From Takakia lepidozioides (lineage: Eukaryota; Plantae; Bryophyta): a stretch of DNA of 64,000 nucleotides. Positions 60,742-64,000 of the stretch are shown piece by piece. The notes beneath the pieces are model-generated. The model was not told the DNA's origin and ran no database searches. It saw only the letters and a program-made list of their open reading frames with translations. The stretch's first letter is position 1; every line of letters starts with the position of its first letter. The DNA is taken from assembly GCA_030704615.1 (NCBI GenBank), contig CM060733.1, positions 1,178,001 to 1,242,000 of the forward strand, in the 5' to 3' direction. A program made the translations under genes and the position numbers.

Positions 60742-61499
60742 CCCCATCTTCACTTTCAGTTGGCTCGTGGATTTAACTCGGGGCAATTTCACAAAGAAGG
60801 ATGTCACTTTCAGATAGTCACAGTTCGAACAACAATAGGGCAGCTTTCATGCTCTGAGTTAAATTGTGCAGCAGCCTTGCCAGATAGTAGCCCTCCAGGA
60901 TACAACATAGCTCTGAAAGAGTGGAGAACAAGTTGGACGCCTATGACCATACATGTTCACCTCAGTCATTTTCATACCTAGGCATTAGAACATCAGGATA
61001 AACCTGCAGGACTAGGAAGCCAAAGAAGTCTGTTCACATAAAAGGGGCTGGGGAGAAGTGCCAATTTTATTTCAGAATATTAGATGGTGGAGTTTGAAAT
61101 CCCTTACATTTATTCACATCGGGGGGCTATCTCTCATGTGCAATTGCTCTGGCTTCGACCGCCATTCTAGGGCTGCGGCTATGTTATCTGCAGAGTGAGG
61201 TGGCTATGAGCAGCAGTAAGAATCAGAAGGAAAACTCTTGAGAGAGGCTGTACTGAAGACTAGAAGAATGAAGCCAGATACACGAGACTCGGACGGTATG
61301 GCATGTGAGTACAGGCTACCGTGAGTACCAAGAACTATGTATAGGCTACACTGCGCTTCTAGGCACGGCTCTTTCTGTCCCAGCTCACACACATTTCCTC
61401 CTTCCTCCCTTCTCCAATAACTGAGCTTCTCAAATTCCAGTTTCACATCCATAATGTAGAATCACTGAAATGATTGATATCATCATCAAGAACAGAATG

Positions 61500-62283
61500 T
61501 CAACACTAACAAGATGAATGAATGGATAAAGAAAACTACTTGTCCACAGGAGGCTGGGAGCAGTAATCAGGTCCCACTGAAACAGGCTAAAACCTGGCGG
61601 AAGAGGGTAGAAGAGATTCTCAAGGATCTGAATCTAAGTCTGCAAGTCTTGACCCTCCTGGATAAATCTGCATCGGATGCTGTAGTGTCCAAAGCCATGT
61701 CTGTTGCCAAGAAATTGTCTGATGAAAATGAAGTTAGGCAGAAAACCTGAACTTGTTTCCAGTCTGTGACATGAGGGAGGACATCATGGATGACCTCAAC
61801 GGTTTACCACTCTGGGCACTAGACTGAACTTCAACTCAGCGCAGGAAGCCTACCTTTGGACAGCAAACAGATGCAGAGAGGAAAGGGATTGCAAATGCCC
61901 ATTGTGTGGGCAACCTGAAGACAATATTCATTTTCTGATTTTCAGTCCTGGGTACTCTCACCAGAGAGATGCCCTCTTCAAATCCATCAAGGGATTTGTG
62001 CCTGTACCTCTGTTTACCAACTTCAAAAATCTCGAAGCGAGCCAAAAGCACATGCCCTTTTGGGGCCTAGTTATTGGGCAAATCACACACAGCAGATTGA
62101 TGCTTGTGTAAAGGGGTTTCTAGAGGATATCTGGAAGACCCCAATCAATCGTCTGTTCCAAGGTAAGTCATCCTACCGGCATGAGCCCCTGACAAAGGTA
62201 GTTTCTGTCCCTTGATGTTCTGCTCAAGCTGGGCACAGGGTCAATGGCCACAAGGCTACCGCAAACATCTGATGAGTACATTC
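61500..62283 (+). mobile_element. 5'-truncated LINE copy (same family as 20.3 and 51.1 kb)
   Basis: CPLCGQPEDNIHFLI..GYSHQRDALF; tail GATGAGTACATTC. Confidence 0.85.
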
Positions 62284-62924
62284 TATCGGGGGCAGGGTGT
62301 GGGCGAGAGATGAGCGGACGAGCGGACTGCCTCATGTAGCCATGAGGATGACTTGAATCTGTGATTGCTACATTTCCTAGAAGAAATGCGCCATTTGCGC
62401 TGTTGCTCAAAAGGGTTTTAAAAGCCACTACTGCACGTTCCACTTATTTTTGTACCTTCATTTCAATCCAAATAGTTGGTGATGGAACAGATACTGACTG
62501 AAAGTGACTAGTAGACAATGGTTACCTCACATACTTTTTGATAGAAACATTCAATCGTATATTCTTTTCCAATCTATATTTACTCACATACTTCTGTTGG
62601 ATGCTGACAATGTAACTCTACGATGCTGCCTTCAAGCATACATGACAAGTTCAATTGCCTGTCAGGGCCTCTGCTCTCTCAACTAGAACAATCCCAAGCT
62701 TATGTAGCTCATTGTAAGACAATCCCGATCCCTCTGGTGCAAAATGAAGGCGTGCAGCCGTTTTTACCAAATTTCCTTTGCATACCGCTGCATGGATGGC
62801 ATCATTCTGTCACTAGGGCAGCTTGAATGGCTGACTTCTCACTGACAGAGAGCTCCTGCAAAGATGTTTGATCATCAGAATCAAATGCATGTGACAGGAA
62901 ACCAAGAAAGGGGTCAGGAGAAAG

Positions 62925-63100
62925 GGAATGCACTCAGTAGATATTGCTTGCCATAGCCGTGCGGCCTTAGACCGTAAAGAAAGAATGTACTCATGCTGTT
63001 CCCTGCGAACATTGGCTTGCCATAGCCTTACAGCCATTGACCCCGCAGGAACTGACCCTCACGAGCCTTTTGAGGACTTTGCACCCCACCAAGGTTTAGC
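62925..63100 (-). mobile_element. 3'-end remnant of the same LINE family with a duplicated tail
   Basis: Minus strand GGGGTCAATGGCTGTAAGGCTATGGCAAG..CATGAGTACATTC followed by a second GGCTATGGCAAGC..GAGTGCATTC. Confidence 0.6.
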
Positions 63101-63798
63101 TTATCCACACCAGCTGCAGGTATAAACTAATTTTCCCGCAACTGCCATTAAGCACTCACAGAGGCACTTGTCTGCAGACAAACTAGACAGCCCAGTTGCA
63201 GAGTTGTTGATTTTAGTTTTACAGCCCTGTGTTTACCACAGAAATGTCAAGCTTGGGGATGTGAAGGGCACAGGAGGCTTCCGCCCGTCACTCTGGGCTG
63301 CGTGCAGGGTACAACTGAAAGAGAGAGAGATAAGACCGCAAATAAAGAGAGATATGATCACTTGACTAGCTTATATGCACTTGCCGGTCCTGCAAGGATC
63401 AGCATATATATGGTTTGCAAAGGCTGTCGTGTGGGTTTATAGAGTAATTCTGGGCCTTTCCGGTCGAAGAACAAGATGTCATCATGTCAAGGTTGTTTTA
63501 AGTAACCAAATTGCCACAGCATGAACAGCCGACAAAATGCAGTCACAGCAGCTTTGATATACAGGTATCCTCCTGCCCTCAAGTGAAAGAGGCAGGAACT
63601 GATTAATCTTACTAAAACCTTGCACTTCCAGAGATGAAGCAGTGTCGGGAAAGGGGAAAAAGGTTGGACGTAGTTGAGACATTTCTTTCATTTGACTTAC
63701 AAGAAGAACAGACCTCACTGACCCCAATCCTGTTGGAGGGACACAAGAGCATTTATAAATATGTACAATGGAGATTTCCAAACAGTAGAAAATTTTAC

Positions 63799-63879
63799 CT
63801 GGCATAATAGATCAAATGAGACTCTATCCCTCTGAGCAAACTGCTTGATGAAGTCGACCAGATACGAGGACAAGTTTAT
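63799..63879 (-). CDS. Internal exon of an importin-9-like gene (near its C-terminus) entering from the right edge; last exon not located
   Basis: AG/GT-bounded 81-nt exon encoding INLSSYLVDFIKQFAQRDRVSFDLLCQ, resembling the C-terminus of plant importin-9. Confidence 0.65.
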
Positions 63880-64000
63880 CTGTCATTGACAACGTCAAGT
63901 GTCAAGGACAACATGAGTGTGCAAGTACAACTACACAAGGTAGATCAGCTTCAGTATCATTTTCAGGTGTGTAGTCTAGCACACAAGTCCTATCTGTACT

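Noticed and set aside
62268-62285. Hammerhead ribozyme core (CTGATGA)
   Set aside because: No matching GAAA and stems; sister LINE tails read TTATGA or GCATGA at this position.

Overview
This is nuclear DNA of a land plant; the TE repertoire (Replitron, CRE-like LINE, PHD-bearing Gypsy) and the PLS-DYW genes point to a non-seed plant, probably a bryophyte (inference). About 1-17.4 kb is a nest of transposons. It holds three copies of one Galadriel-like chromovirus inserted into each other, a Mutator-like element whose two ends and 9-bp TSD are separated by an inversion, a short-TIR element at a CCGG site, a one-ended CACTA piece, a decayed Replitron and a PHD-finger Gypsy remnant. The standout is a spliced, decayed cargo gene in the Mutator-like element that reads as a bacterial-type beta-class N4C/N6A DNA amino-methyltransferase fold; the other end of the same element carries a tandem array of GTTRAC-centred palindromes. 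Host genes are a 4-exon universal stress protein (-), a 6-exon F-box-like/RCC1 gene (-), an intronless PLS-E-DYW RNA-editing PPR gene (-), 9-exon riboflavin PYRR (+) and one importin-9-like exon (-). Between them lie a Helentron-like remnant (PIF1 helicase end, AP endonuclease, OTU), a second palindrome array, a scrambled PPR pseudogene array, duplicated USP pseudogene pieces, several copies of one LINE family and tRNA-derived SINEs. All assignments come from motif recognition by eye; no searches were run.
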